Of a stretch of 64,000 nt of DNA, positions 15,143-33,010 are shown in pieces. How positions within the stretch are numbered: position 1 is the first letter of the stretch; each line of letters starts with the position of its first letter. The DNA lies in the NCBI RefSeq assembly GCF_009914755.1, contig NC_060930.1; one strand, 5' to 3'. The notes under the pieces were generated by a model. It saw only the letters and a list, made by a program, of their open reading frames with translations, was not told the DNA's origin and did no database searches. This DNA is from the human T2T-CHM13v2.0 reference genome, Homo sapiens. The position numbers were made by a program, and so were the translations under genes.

Positions 15143-18100
15143 ATCAATATGGTGGCTCTCTTTCAGTCTCAGTGTTTGCTCAACCAACCCTCTTGACTTT
15201 TCCTTCTTGGCTAGCTCACAGAGTGGGCTGTGTTGGAGATGACAGTGAAACCTCATTTCTTGGAAAAGCAGAATCAGAGGAGAGGATAGCAGTGTTCTAC
15301 CTGAATTCAAATCTTCCTTTTTAATAATAAGTATAATATGAACACAATACTGTCTTTCAAGTTACTTTTTAAAATACTTTCAAATCCATTATCCTATTTT
15401 TGAAGCCCCATTGTGAATCTCTTAAGTAAGTTTCCTTTAAAGTCAAACATCATTGGCAGATTTTGATATGTTATACCTTTAATTATTCTAGCCAGTGCTG
15501 CTAGGAGCTTTGCTCCTTCGCAAGATGTTAGAGGAAAGACATCTCAAGGTGCTCTGAATGTTCTGTGAGTCAGCTGTGGCCTCTCCCAGGCCTTATTAAG
15601 AAAATAAACTATGCTGATGAGCTCCCCTGAAAAATTAGATGGAGGTTTTCAGCTTAAAACTCATATTGTTGACCTCTCCTAGGCTTTCTTTTTAAAATGA
15701 AAGTTTTTTTTTTGTTGTTAGGATTTGCTGTTTAACTTTTTGGAAATAAGGTAATAGTCAAAGTCCCCATAATCATTAACTGTGGGATAGAAAGCAAGAA
15801 GGAAAGAGCACGAAAGAAAGGAACATTTACCGAGTATTTACTAGATGCCAGACAGTATTCTAGAAGCTTTCTATTCTTCATCTTACCTTATTCTAACTAT
15901 CTCCATGGGAGTCGGTTCTGTCGTCCCCATATCATTGGCTGAAATTCTGAGAAGTAAAGTAATTTGCGTAAGGTCACCCAACTTGTAATAAGTAAACTGA
16001 GGTTCAAGCCCACCTTTGTCTGGTTCCATAGCTACACTGTGTGAGTGAGAAACGTGAAAACACCTCACAGACTCAGCTTGGGCAGTGTTTTCTGCAACAG
16101 ATTTTGTCTGGGGAACTTGGACAATGCCAATATTCATTCATAGAGTTTCTTTGCCCATTCCAGCAAATTATCATTTTCTGCTTTCTCGCTCAGTTATTTG
16201 TATACTTAGCTGATGGACTCAACTTCACACATTTCCCACACCCTACTTAGCAGAGTACAGAAATCCATTTGCTCTCTCCCAGCTGGTTCCAACACTGGCC
16301 ACATCTGCCTTTCCAGATGTGCGGGCTGCAATGTAAAACACACAACCTTACCACTCCACTTGCTGCAGTGTTGTCTGGCCCTTCTTGAGGCATGGTTCTA
16401 GGCTGCTCTTTAGAAAGGTGTGATGTATGCCCTGTGGGCTGCATTATCATCTGTTGGTTTAATATGCACATTCTGTGGTGCTTTTACATACTTTTCCAAC
16501 TTTTTACATTCTGTGTCCATCTCTGATTGCATTTACATAGTGATTTATGGAGACTTTGAATATTATAATCTAAAGGGTATATGTGGGAAGGAGGAAGTGA
16601 GCAGGTTTGTTTATTAGGAAAATTCAGCAGTCCCTGCTTCTTTAAAGATCTCACCTTGAAATTGCATCAATGTGAGCTCAGTGAGGGTCGGAGAAAAGGG
16701 ACCAGCTGACCCACTTCCTTATCATTTACTGTATGCTGCCTTGGGTTGTTAATGGCCTTTTCACATGTTGGTGTTATATCACCCCAGCTAGATTTTAAGT
16801 AATTAGAGAGCAAGAGCGTGTGTCACTCATCTTTGTGCCAAGCATATTACCTTGCACACAGTAGGCATTTAATGAGTAGTTGGAGTCTGGTTGCTATGTG
16901 TTAGTTGCTGTGGGTGCTGCTGAACTCTCACCTTGCAGCCTTTCTGGATTAGCTTTTGAATGACAGTTTTATTAGGCATGATGGAACCAGACCTCCCATG
17001 CTCACACTGTGGTGTCAGGGACTTCTGCCTCATGTGTCTTTTCAAATAATAACATTATGCTGGTACCCAAAGTATATGGTACCAGTTTAGAGTCTTGAAT
17101 TTTAAAAACCTGAATATGGAAAGAACCTGCTCAACCACTTTGGAATGCCCCTGTTAAGCTCACCTTACAGCATCAGAAGTGGACTCCGCAGCCACCTATT
17201 AGATCCAATATGAAATGCCCTAAATACTCCCCTTACTTGGTGCCTGGAGGACCTCAGTCTTAAGCTTCTCCTTTGGACTGAGGGCCTGACAAGGCCTGTG
17301 TAGGGCAGGCTGAGCCAAGCCCTGGCTTGGATTAGGGGTATCATCCAGGAATGGAATGAGCGAATGGCTTCACCTTAAGGAAACCTTTTAAATGAGATGA
17401 ACAATGACCTTCTTAAACAAAATAGAGAAAACATGATGTAACCTTTTCCAGATGATTAAAGATATTGTTTTTAAAACCAGTCACTTGCTGTGAAAGCTGT
17501 GATGTTATCAGTGACTTCTGAGGGGTGTTTATTGCTATAGTACATGATCTGAACCAATGAAGCTGGACATTTTAATGTGGCTGTTTTGATTTGACCTGGG
17601 TGAAAATTAGAGGTAAGCTTGCTTTTACAAACATTACTTAGTGATTTTTTTAAAAGCTGAATATTTACTAGTGCTTTTCAGGGTGCTTCAAAATATTAAT
17701 ATTTTCATGACAAAACCACCTTGTCAAAATGTCAGCTGTCATTTCCATCAAGATGCTGGTCCTCTAACCCTTCTTCCCTATTGTCCTGCTAAACTGGCAA
17801 CTTCTAACCTACCAAGCGTTAGAAAAACAGAAAATTGCTCTTGTTAGAACCATGTATATAAAGTAAGAGTAAATGTGATCTGGGTGAGGGTCTGATGGTT
17901 GTGTTAGGAATAAGAGTGGGGAGGTTTAGTGCCTAAGCCTTGGGATACTGTTTTGGCTTGGAGGATTATCCCATGAAACCCTTTTCACCACTGATGCCGT
18001 AGGTGGAATTAGCTCTTCAGGCAGACATTTTTTTCTTCTTAGGGTCAAAGGTAAGGTGACATGTGAAGGGGCAGCCAAGGCATCATCGGGAGGCTAGGGC

Positions 18101-20397
18101 TTGATGGAAGGGGTAAGGGGGGTGGTGCCGGGCATCTGGTTGGAGGGAAGTAGGAACACAGGCAGAAGCAGAGAAGGGCCCTTAGTGCTGCCGAGCACAG
18201 GCTGCTGCTTGACGCGCAGCCCTCAGCTGGCTGGCCCTGGCTGGAGAATTTCTCCGCAGGTCATTGGTTTTACCACAGTCTTGTTTGGAAACCATCTGTG
18301 TTCTAGGAGCCCATGGAGAACGGGCATCTTATTTTGAAAATCAGTTTGAAGCTAAAGTGGACTTTTTAATTACAAATGAGAGCAATGAAAATATAGCTAT
18401 TGAACTTTATTGTTATTTTGGCCTCGTAAAAATTAAAAGTAAACTTTTTTAACTCAAGAGGATTTTATAAAATCTCCCCATTTGTGTACATTTCAGACAT
18501 GAGACTCTACCACCCCAGAACCCATCTGAGAGGAATTTAAATCTCAGGAAAGTAGCAGCTTTCTTCAAGTTTCTGAGTAACTGAACCTTGTAGATAACAA
18601 CAGATTGGAAGATAGAATCAGTTAATCCCTGAACTCAAGGAACCCTTGGCCCATAGCCCAGACAATACAGCATGCTGAAAATTGGTCTGGTCCCAGCCTC
18701 ACGTAAACCTGTTTCTCCTCTCCTGAGAAGAATGCAGCTTTTGACCACTGCCCAGTGTGAGAGCCCGGCCTCACTGTTAACACCTCAGTGAAGGCAAGAA
18801 CAAGTGGTTTGCAGTGGAGGGCATCGCCTGGAAGGTGGCAAAGGCCAGGCAGGTACCTGCGGCCCAGCTGCTGCTCGACGATGAGGCTGGCAGCCAAGTC
18901 TAGCGCCAGCCTTTTCAAAAGCAGCCCTTTTGATAACACTGATTACATTTCCCTCACCGGAGCCTTGGGTTAATTGAGCAACAGCCAACTTCTCTGGGTA
19001 ACAAAGAGGAGGGGAAAGTAATCCAAACACAGGTTTTATTATAAAAACCAGGGAGTGAGAGAAGTGTGTTTATTCTGTAAGATAACACACCTGCTCGGTG
19101 CCGGGGAGGCTCATTTCCATCAGTTGCCATGGCAAACTCGTTATACTTCAAGGCCATGTGGCTTTGTTTCCTTTTGGGATCTGGTCCTTGTCCTACCTTT
19201 TCTAACAACTCCAACACAATGACATGGAAGCCTGCGACAGCATAATTGATTTCTCCTTCCCTCTATCAACGGTTCACATTTGTTCAGCACAGGACTGAGT
19301 CTGCCTTCTCCTTTGAACTCCTTGCTAAGCATGAAGGCATGCTTCAGAGAGCCACCCTCATTAACATTCCAGGTCCCTCTTCCCTGTCAGCAATAAACAA
19401 GCCCTGCATCAATGGCCTCCTGCCTTCCACTTTTACAAATGAGTGGCTCAGTTCCATGTTTTGCTGCTGATCCAGGTGCCCAGGCGCATACAACGCGAGC
19501 CTAAGAAGCACGCGGGAGGGACTAAAAATAGAACAGCAGTTTTGGATGCATACCAGAGCAGCTACTTCATCTCAACTTGCTTTGCACGCTAAGCCTAATG
19601 GGATCCATCAGGCATGAGTTCTCTCGCGCGCTAGCTCCCTCCCTCTCCCCTCTCTCCCCAGCTGCCGATTTCCATCAGCCCCTTCCTGGTGAAGGGAGCA
19701 AAGGGAGGTCAGGCAAGGGACAAGAAATGTGTGCCCTTATGGTTTTCGTTTACAAGCCCTGGGAGATCTGGGGGCTGCAGTTACTCCTTCCATAAGAGAG
19801 TTTCTAGAAAAAAAGCAGGCAGGCCCAGAACATGGTCACCTCTGCCCAGGTACACTTTGGTCCAAGACTTTCATTGTTTAGCAAAGCCTCAAATATCACT
19901 TCCTAATCACCCAATACCTATAACCTGGACCCATGCTCCTATATTCCTTGAAAAGTTAAGTAGAAAACTAAAGTACACTGAGTGTTCCTCTTACAGATCC
20001 CACCTGCTTGCTTGAGGCTAAGAATTTGGGAGCAAATGCACAGTGAGTTGGCAACATGTGACTGCCAGGGTCTGCAAAAGCCACCCACCTGCCGCCAAGT
20101 ACCCTATCCAAAAGTGATCCTATCCTAAAGCATTTTCCAATAGAAAATGGAAGAAGTCATATGCAGTTAGGAACATGCTATCCTGCCTGGGCACAATACC
20201 TCCCAGCATGCCAGCTGTGTTGACTGAGCGAGGCTCCTTTGTATGCTAAAGTGCCTCGTGCAGCCTCCCTCAAAAGGCGAGCCAGCATGACCATACGTTT
20301 CTCATGTCTACATCCAAAAGGTAATGCAGATGTTCCAAACAGCTAAGTATTATTCCAAGAAGTGCCATTTTTGTGGAATCAGAATTGTGATAGGACG

Positions 20398-20703
<306 letters not shown>

Positions 20704-20801
20704 GAATGGTGACAGGAAGATGAATATCACAGTATTTAAAAATCTTTTTCATTGTTGATGTTTTGGAGATTGGCCAGATACAACTAAAAGAAACTGATCT
20801 G

Positions 20802-21434
<633 letters not shown>

Positions 21435-22397
21435 TCAGGCAAGTGTCAAGACCTTTTACATTGTGCTTCAGTTTCATATAATAGCAGTATAAGATAAATA
21501 TGCCAAGCCACTTCAAGAAAAGTCATACTTCATATAATCACAGCAATAATCAATTCCCCAAAGAATTTCTAACGGAACAAGTTGCAACATGATCATCTAA
21601 TCCTCCAGTCACTAGAGGATGGAGGTACTTCTTCCCTCAGGGAGAGGGAAGTATCTCTTCAGGGAGACACCAGGTCATTTGTTGAACACATCTACTGTGA
21701 AAAACCAGAAAGCTTTCTAGATTCATCAAATAAATGTCTGCAGTCTGGAAATCAGAACATCCGGGTTCTAGTCCTAGGATGACCTTAGACAAGCCACGGC
21801 TGCTCTGGGCCCTGCTTTCCTTGTGTATAAAACAAAGCTGCAGGGATATATGATTTCTAGGGTCTCTTTCTAGACTGAAAGTTCCATAACAGAAATAAAT
21901 GATCTGAGAATTTAATTGATTTTCGTGCTTTCTTTCTTCCTTTCCCCCCGACCTTTGGTTGTTGTTGTTTATTTGGTTAGTAGGCTAAAATAGAACTATT
22001 TTTCTTGAAAAATAGTGCATAATTCTCTGGGATGAGAGGCATTTCTTCTCTGTGGTATTTTCCCACAGTGTAACCTTCCTTCTCTTTTCATTTGCCACTA
22101 GGAGGTGGGTCTCACTGATTCTTCCTGGTTCATTAAGAAGAAACAGAAAGATCTTGTGTTTTCAGAGACTCTTTCTGGATCATTTCCCATGATCATAGGA
22201 CTTTGCAATCCATTTGGCAAAGGTGGTGGTGACAATGGGGTGTTTGGCAAAGTGGATGAGGTAGTTGACGAAGCAGCTGGGGTAAAGAAAAATGCTCTTG
22301 GCAAAACATCATGAAACTAGGGTGGAATGTTCAAAATGGAGAACTTGCATCCCTTGCTGAGATGACTCCGAGAAAAATTCTGTCTTTAAAGAGGTGA

Positions 22398-22403
22398 TTT
22401 ATT
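22398..22403 (-). terminator. Distal polyadenylation signal AATAAA
   Basis: tttatt on the plus strand followed by a U-rich tract on the minus strand; fits my recollection of a long-UTR transcript. Confidence 0.55.
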
Positions 22404-22821
22404 TAACAGGAAACAAAGAAAAAGGTATCAACAGTAATAATTTTTCTGAGCACTGAGCTGAGAAATAGCTAGTCTAATACTTTGATTGTAGCCATGTACT
22501 GAGACCTCTTTGAACAATCTAGAAGTTAAAATAGATTTGAAACCAGTCACTAAAATTTAAAATTACATTTAAAATTCTAAATTAGTCATCAAATATTAGG
22601 TAAGAACCTAACCTTGCATTCCACAAACCCACCCCTCAAATCGGTGTAAGTCTGAATAAAGCCTTTGGGCTAAGAGGTTATTTTTACTAAGTCAGCCCTA
22701 CCCCACTTCCACCCCAAAAATATCTAAAGATGAATGCCTGAGGACCAGCATAACATCTAAATCAACCGAGTGTTAATCTTATTGTCAGTGCTCTCAAATA
22801 GTTGTTACAATTCCTTTGATG

Positions 22822-23284
<463 letters not shown>

Positions 23285-23844
23285 TTAATGACTCTTTGTG
23301 GAACACCAGGGACCACTGCTCATCAACCACCTGGGGTAAGAAGAGTGGAAGGAATGAGTGGTTCAGAGCTTAGGACAGGTCTCTGAAGGGAGGAAGGGTT
23401 AATAACATCACATTGCTAAGTCTTTGCAAACTAGAAACATTTCAGAGTAATTGCTGATGTCATTTTATTTACAAACGGGTGTCGAATCCTTAATGATGGT
23501 GTCACCTCAGACTAAAAAAGATAATGAAAAAAGAGAAAGAAGACTTGAAGTTTGTGTTTGGGTGTTTTCCAGGTTATCCAAATATGAAAGTCAGTTCTAC
23601 CAGGTCTCAAAACTACGGAACTAATGTTACATGTCAGAAAGTCTTACAAATGAGTACTTATGTTATGCTAGTTTTTCTTCTCTTTTCCTATTTTTTAAAG
23701 AACAAAGACATTCGTCTCACCCAGTAGACATCTAAGTTATAAAGTAAATGAAACTAGTGTTCTTTGCAATGCATTAGCAATGTTTCTTATTTATAGTTGA
23801 CAAGTATTTGTCCTTTCCCTGTGCTACATATAAGAGCTGGACTG

Positions 23845-24150
23845 GGCTGGGCGTGGTGGCTCCCATCTGTAATCCTAGCACTTTGGGAGGCCAAGGCAGG
23901 TGAATCACTTGAGCCCAGGAATTCGAGACTAGCCTGGACAACATGGCAAAACCCTGTCTCTACAAAAAATACAAAAATTAACCAAGCATGTTGGTGCACA
24001 CCTATAGTCCCTGCTACTTGGGAGGCTGAAGTGTAAGGGTCACCTGAGCCCGGCAAGGTCAAAGCTGCAGTGAGCTGAGACTGTGTCACTGTACTGCAGC
24101 CTGGGAAAGAGTGAGACCCTGTCTCAAAAAAAAGAAAAAAAAAACAAAAC
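23845..24150 (+). mobile_element. AluJ-like element in the long 3' UTR
   Basis: Full dimer; TSD tggactg. Confidence 0.92.
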
Positions 24151-24378
24151 GGTGGACTGTCTTGTAGCACAAGTGAGCCTTGTTTAAGAGGCTAGTAGAT
24201 AAAGAAGGGAAGCAGTAGCTTGCAGCCCCAAAAAGTCTTCATTGTCTTAGTAGCTTGGGCCATAATTAAAGCCATCCCACCTTTATAGTTTACGTAGATT
24301 TGATACATGTATACATATTTTATATATGGATATGTGTATGTGTTCTTTTTCTGGAGACCAGGTAAACAAGATATATAG

Positions 24379-24714
<336 letters not shown>

Positions 24715-24742
24715 AAGATATTTTTTAAAAGAGGAAAATGTT

Positions 24743-25040
24743 GGCTGGGTGTGGTGGCTCACACCTGTAATCCCAGCACTTTGGGAGGCCGAGGTGGGCG
24801 GATCACAAGGTCAGGAGTTCGAGACCAGTCTGGCCAATATGAAACCCTGTCTCTACTAAAAATACAAAAATTAGCTGGGCATGGTGGCAGGCGCCTATAG
24901 GTCTAGCTACTTGGGAGGTTGAGGCAGAAGAATCACTTGAACCCAGGAGGCGCAGGTTGCAGTGAGCCAAGATTGCAGCACTGCACTCCAGCCTGGACGA
25001 CAGAGCGAGACTCTGTCTCAAACAAAAAAAAAGAAGAAGA
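24743..25040 (+). mobile_element. Alu (AluS-like)
   Basis: Full dimer; TSD about aaga(g/a)gaaaatgt. Confidence 0.93.
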
Positions 25041-25403
25041 AAATGTCTCTGTTAAGAAAATGTAAATTTGTCCTCTGAGAGACATAATTATGAAAATGAA
25101 AACTCAGTCACTCCTCAAAAGAGTATTTAGAATTTAGGTCCTAGACTTCAAATCTTTTAGAGTGATTAGAGATGCTTTTGTCCATGTCATTTTATAAATG
25201 AGTCCCTGGAATCTAAGAAAAGTTAAAGGACTTGCTAAAGGTCATACAGCTAATTGGTGGTAGAACCAAAATTAGAACACAGACTACAATTCTAGCCTAC
25301 ATCCCCCAACACTTCATACACATATGCAAATATTTTTACCTATGTAGTCAGATCCTGAGAACCATAATCATACTATTTAGAATCATGGCTGTATGCTATA
25401 TAA

Positions 25404-25734
<331 letters not shown>

Positions 25735-25957
25735 TAAAAATCTTTATTGCAAGAATAAAGCTTCCATGATTATGGTTAAAAAGGGTTGTTTAACTAGCTG
25801 GCTTTAATCCATTAATACAGAGTGGTCTGTTATATTTATCTAATATTATATCTAAGCAGCTTTGTTGATGTCCCTGGAAGCAACTGCCCATATCATTATA
25901 AATTATATGTATCTCCTTTGAGATAAGTAAAACATAATCTTACAAAAGAGTAAACAT

Positions 25958-25963
25958 TTTATT
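25958..25963 (-). terminator. Proximal polyadenylation signal AATAAA
   Basis: tttatt on the plus strand, with upstream UGUA (tgtaca 25967-25972) and a downstream U-rich tract on the minus strand. Confidence 0.75.
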
Positions 25964-26404
25964 ATTTGTACATGAATCAGTTTGGTCTGAGGATACACAA
26001 GCATCTGGCTAACTCATAAAAGTAGCCTGAAGTGATTGATAGGAGAGTGTTTGTAGTCATTTCCATTTGCTGCCACATCCCTTACATTATCTACTTGCTA
26101 AGCACTGAGAGGCCCAGAATGGACACATCAAACTGTCAGGAGGAACATATGGGACACTGGCACCTGCAATGGTTTTTTTAAAAGCAGAGAATGCAGAGCA
26201 GTCACAGACTCCACTTCAAAGCCAGGGTGTGTGGAGGTCTCCGGGGAAGAGCTCTGCACAACAGGTTTCCTGGGGGCCAGAGGGCCTCTCGGGGAGGAAC
26301 AGAAAAAAACCAGCCAGGAGTGCTACCGACCAGCCTCAGCCAGAATGCTGTCAGAACAAGGCCCCAAACATGGCCTGGCCTCAGTGATCTGGGGATGAAC
26401 GGTG

Positions 26405-26551
<147 letters not shown>

Positions 26552-27899
26552 CTATGGGAGGCAGAATGACAGGAGCAAAGGTCATTAGAGAAAAACCTGG
26601 ATGCCAGATCCCAGGCTCAGTTCCCAAACATTTCTGGCTTTCCCTACATGGGCGTTTCCTACCAAACTATCCTGGGAGTTGTGCTGTTTTGCTTTTGGAA
26701 AGGTTTAGCATGTGAAATGTTCTTGGCTTCGGGTACAAGCTGTATATCTCATTATAAAAACCACATGTGCACAGCATTTTCTGTCAGTCTCCCAGACTAC
26801 CTACCCTTTGCATTTCAACTTGCTTTTCACCACCCTCACATAAAAGGGGTAGGACAGAGGTCACACAGAGTGATGTGAATTCCCCTGTGACTTCAGAAGA
26901 AGTATGCCAGGGCCGTAGGCTTAAATCAATTCATTACTCTTTCACTCCAGCCCCAGGTCTGGCCTGCAGTAGAAGGAGCCCATCAGACCTCAGTGATCAG
27001 GCAGAGGCAGAAACTGTTAGCCAGGGATCCTGGGGGTGCAGTGTCAGACTGCCCTCATGGAGTGGATGTTCTGGTGGGGAGAGGCAGATAATAAGTAAAT
27101 GGATAGTGTGTTCAACAGTGATGTATGCTGTGGAGAAGAATTAAACAAGAAAGGGGACAGGGAGTGCTGGGGCAAGGGTGAAAGATTTGCAGTTTTAAAC
27201 GGGGTGCTTAGGAGAGGTCTCACTGAGAAAATGAGCAAAGACCTAAAAGAGTGGAAGAAGCAAGCTCTGTGGTTGTCTGGGTCCAGGCAGATAGGAGAGT
27301 CAGTGCGAAGGCCCTGTGGAGGGAGTGTGTTGGGTCTGTTCACAAGCAACAAGGCCACTGTGAGTAGAGCAGAGTGAGTAGGTGCAGAGGTCTGGAAGTA
27401 GAAGGGGCTGTATCGGATAGTGCCCTGTAGGCCACCATAAGGCCTTTGCTTTTGAGTCTAACTCCTAGGGACTATAGGACGGGACTTCTCTAGGTATTGT
27501 GCTTAGAAGCAGCACCTGCTGCATGGCAGGCATCATACTGAGTACTGAGGATGCCCAAATGAAAAGGACGCAGGGACTGCCTTGAGGACTTCAAATCTTA
27601 GGATGAAAGCAAAATGTCAACAAATGATTTTCTAGTCAATGGTGTACCAAGGGGACAGGTGGTGAGAGCGGCCTGTGCTGGGCTCAGGTAATACGGGCAT
27701 TGTCTGAAGGAGATTTAAAAATAATAACAAAACCAATGAAAATTTGGTCTATTTTGTATATCGCCATGCTCCAATAATTCTCAACAATTATTCCCAGTAC
27801 CCTCAACCCAAACACATACCATTGACCCAAGGTGCTAGAATTAAGCACCCTTAAGAAAGGGACAATGAAATATATCAGCATGAAGGTAAAGAGGTGTCA

Positions 27900-28522
<623 letters not shown>

Positions 28523-29562
28523 TTAGGGAAGGGCATTGCAAGCAGACGGAACAGAAAAGGCAAAGGCACAGAGACAAAAGAACACAGCATGTGTGAGGGC
28601 ATGCTGAAATGGTCCAGGGTGACCAGAGCACACAGCATCTACAGAGGGTGATGAGAGAAAACTACGCAAGGGGACACAGTCCTCTTCTGAGAGGCCTCAT
28701 AGATCGTGCTAAGAAAGGTGGATATGATCTTGTAGTCAATGGGAAAACGGCACAAAATTTGTAAGCTACCAAGAAACAGATCAGACCTACATTTTGGATG
28801 TTCCTCTTTGATGGCAGAGGAGAGGATGGCTAGCACAAGGTCAAAGTGGAGATGAGACCAGTAAGGAGACTCATCAGTAAGTGACAGCAGTGAGACCCTG
28901 GGCAAAGGCAGCGCAGGGAGGATAGAAAGGTGTGCCATCGCACAGGCTGTGCACCATACAGCCTGAGGTGTCCCGTTCCCATAAACTGGAGCCTCCCTCA
29001 TCCAGGGCAGGGGTCTCAGTGCAGTCTTGACATCTGAGGATCCCTCCAGGGTGAAACAGGGCCTGAGTTTAGGGTGCTGTGGTCTGATTCTCAACATGTT
29101 TACTCCACCACTGCCTTCCCTTTGCCAAGCATGGAATGTGGCCTCAGGTGGTTTTGCCCCCATTCTCCAAACTTGCTGGCAGACCCTTCTGGTGTGAAAA
29201 GCCTCATATGAATCACGGCAAAGTTCACTCAGGTAACTATAGATTTAATTCCTGTAATCATTAGCTTTGAGAGCTGAACTATGTGCAATGAAATGCCTCC
29301 CTGGAACAGCCAGCAAAAACCATACACATCTTGACTTTTATGTACAAGAGATAAGAAGTATGACATGAACCTTCTCTTTTTCTTTCTTGAGTTAAAACAG
29401 AAACTACATCTTTGTGTGCAACGGTTCTTTGAACAATTAGGACAGCAGTGATCCTATCAGATAGCTTTAAAACCCTCCTGATTCATACTGCTGAACTGAG
29501 TGGTACAACTTGTTGATCTTTCTGGTAACATTGTTATCTCTAAGGATTGATAAAGAATTGAT

Positions 29563-30063
<501 letters not shown>

Positions 30064-30281
30064 TTAATTTCAGGAATGAGGATGAGGAGTTAATGGTACC
30101 CATAATCATGCACGTCCACATGGCATTTTTATTCTGATTTCCATACTTGAGTGCCACACACTTAACATTTTAAGGCCTCCCCATTACACATCTATTCCAT
30201 TCACTCATCAGTCGTTTATTGGAGGCCTGTTAGAAGTCACATTCTATGTCAGACTTTGGGTTTTAAGGATTAGGATACCTT

Positions 30282-30464
30282 CCAGGGTATGCTGGAACTG
30301 GCTTGCAGCAGCTCACAAAAGCTTGTTGTGTGCATCTCTTCCTAATTCTGTGTTCAGTGACTTCACACTGATAGCTTGAAATTGGCGATGGTATTGGAGA
30401 GTATTTATACCATGGAAATAGGTAAGTGCTACAAATCAGGAGAGCCAGCTTAGCAGAACACCAC
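30282..30464. mobile_element. MER63-like hAT-Blackjack MITE
   Basis: gtgcatctcttcctaattctgtgttcagtgac...agcttgaaattggc...agtatttataccatggaaat...gctacaaatcagg. Confidence 0.7.
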
Positions 30465-32829
30465 AGATACAGTCCCTATCTTCACAAAGCCAGCAGTCTA
30501 GTGAGCAGGCAGAAAGGGAAATTACCAACCAGAGTGCCGGGTGAAAAGTATTAACAATTGCTCTAGAAGCCCAGAATGGGGGCCATCCATTCTACATCAG
30601 AGATTGGAAGGACAGTTACAAAAGAGGGTTCATTTGGGCACTGAAAGAAAAGATTTTGGTCAAGTAGGGAAAACAGAGGCAGAGGCAACAGCATGAGCAA
30701 ATGTCTGGAGGTGTGAAAGTGTGTTGATGTGGTTGGGACCAGCTACTAATGCACTGTGACTAGAGCACAAGATGGGCTTGGCAGAGAGGGGATGTCAATT
30801 GCGAAGAGCTCCATCTGCCAGGCTTTAGGTTCCTCACACCAGTTCCAATATGCTCTGACACTGTGGTAGCCCAAGAAGATTTAGCTACCAAGAACTCTCT
30901 CAAAAATCAGAATTTTCAATAGGAGGGGAGTTAGAGTCTTCCAAATCCTGTGACCAGCACAAAGCTTTCAGTCATCTGATGAGAAGGAGACGAGGAATTA
31001 TGTGTTTCCAACCATTTCATCTTCCAATTCATTTTTATAACTGAGAAGTTTTCATTGTGCATGGAAATAACAGAACAGAGAAGAAAGTGACAGTGGTGAT
31101 AGCTGGTTATTGAAATCACCATAGAAACCCCTCATAAACACACACTCTCACATAGTTGCATACGCACACACACACACACACGATCACACAACACACACAA
31201 ATCCTCCACAAGGTGTTTTTTCGGAACCACCTCTCTCTAAAAACCATAAGATAACACCAAGAACATATTTTAAAATGACCCAAGTACTGTGCAGCTAGAA
31301 GCACCCACCACACCAGCACCGAGTACACATGAAAGGAAGGGGATGGGGTGCATAAGTTACAAGTGAAGCACTGAGTTTTGTTTGACTTCTAGGACTCCGT
31401 ATACTGTGAAGTTTGGCTTGTGCACTAGGCTGCCCAGCCTGTGGAGGGGCCAGCCAGCAGCAGTGCATTTTTATTTTCTCTCACCCTTCCAGAAACTGAG
31501 TTTCTGTAAACTAATTCACTGTATGATGCAGTTACTCATCAGTACCTCTGCACTACCTCTGTCATGGCCAAGTTCTTGTTGTTCCAGGGTTTTCTGTTGC
31601 CTAGAGGGGTGCAGGAAGTCAGCCAGGCAGTCAGGAAGGCACTTCTGTGTCTGACCTCTTCGACCCCTTCTATGATGAGTAAGGGCCCAAGACATTGTGG
31701 CCCAAGAAACCAAGTTTGGCGACAGTTTGGTTCCAGTTGGTACAGTCAGACAAGCTCTGAGGCCAAGCTGTGTATTACTGCCTGGCTACACCACACACCC
31801 ACAGAGCTAGACAGGTTTCCTTAGGAACTGGCTGAGGCCTCGAGCCCTTCCCACGCACCAGCTGTCAGCTTCTGGGACTGGCAGGTTCCTAGAGATGCAG
31901 ACAGGACATTGGGTGCTCTGAGGCCATGCAGACATGCATCAGACAACCAAGGGCCGGCAGCACCCCGAGCCAGCCATGACCTTTTCAGGCAGTTTACTCC
32001 CAGGAATGATACCTTTCCGGGGCACTGTACAAGGGCTGTGAGACTGGTTGAGACCAGAAGAGGAGGGAGCCTTATCTCCTGACTCCCTGGCCTCACTTTT
32101 TAACCTCATCACCTTGCCTCGGCTCTTCCTTCAGTTTGGTTGTGAGCTCACGTGAGTGGTCTGCACTTGGTGGAAAGGGAGACAGAGACCATGAAGACTC
32201 AGATGGGGAATACCCACCCTCCTACTTTCCCACGCTGCTGACCCACAGGACAGACCTGGGACCTACATCTGCTTCCCCTGAGGTAAAGCTGTGTGCCCCG
32301 AGACAGCCTGACTGTGCCCTCCCCATCTTCCCATCTTAGTGACACTCTATGCCCATTCCAGGTGCCTTCCCCCTCATGAAGTGTTAGAGCTGAAATGGAG
32401 CTTATCAGTTCTAGTCCAGTGATTTTCCAAGCCTTTTTAAATCTCAGAATCCTTGGTCAACAAACAAGCCTGAGAAGTACAGACCAGCTCTGGCTGAGGT
32501 AGGGGTGGGAGGCGCAGACCCAGCCCCTCCTCCAGCACATATGGGCACCCACTGGGAACTCCACAGGACAGCCTGAAAGTCACAAGTGTAGCACCGCCTC
32601 CTAGTCAAGCAGAAACTGTCTCACAGCGTCTCTATAATCACGGGGAGAAGGAGGATTCGTAGCCCATAAAACAGCCAGTTCCAACGCTGGGTGATTGTTT
32701 CGGTCAGAATGTTCTAGTTTTATCCCATGCTGGACAAGTTTAATATCCTAAATGTCTCCCACTTATTTGAATATAACCAGGCCCCATAGTTCCCCACCTG
32801 TCATGAGCTAAGAACACTCCCTTCCCTTG

Positions 32830-33010
32830 TTTGAGCATCTGATATGCACCAGATATTTTGAAAACATTATTTCATTTCATCTTCACGACAATCCTGTAAG
32901 TATTAGTGACCCATTTTGTGAATAGGGACATTGAGGCACAAAGAGTTTAAGCAGTGGGGCCACGGTCACACAGCCTGTACATGAGGAAGCCAACTTTAAC
33001 CAGGCCCACA
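32830..33010 (-). mobile_element. MIR
   Basis: cccattttgtgaatagggacattgaggcacaaagagtttaag. Confidence 0.7.

Noticed and set aside
22105-22314. Protein-like ORF (GKGGGDNGVFGKVDEVVDEAAG)
   Set aside because: No family recognised, non-ATG start and no splice context; a tblastn or Dfam search would be needed to call it a fossil.
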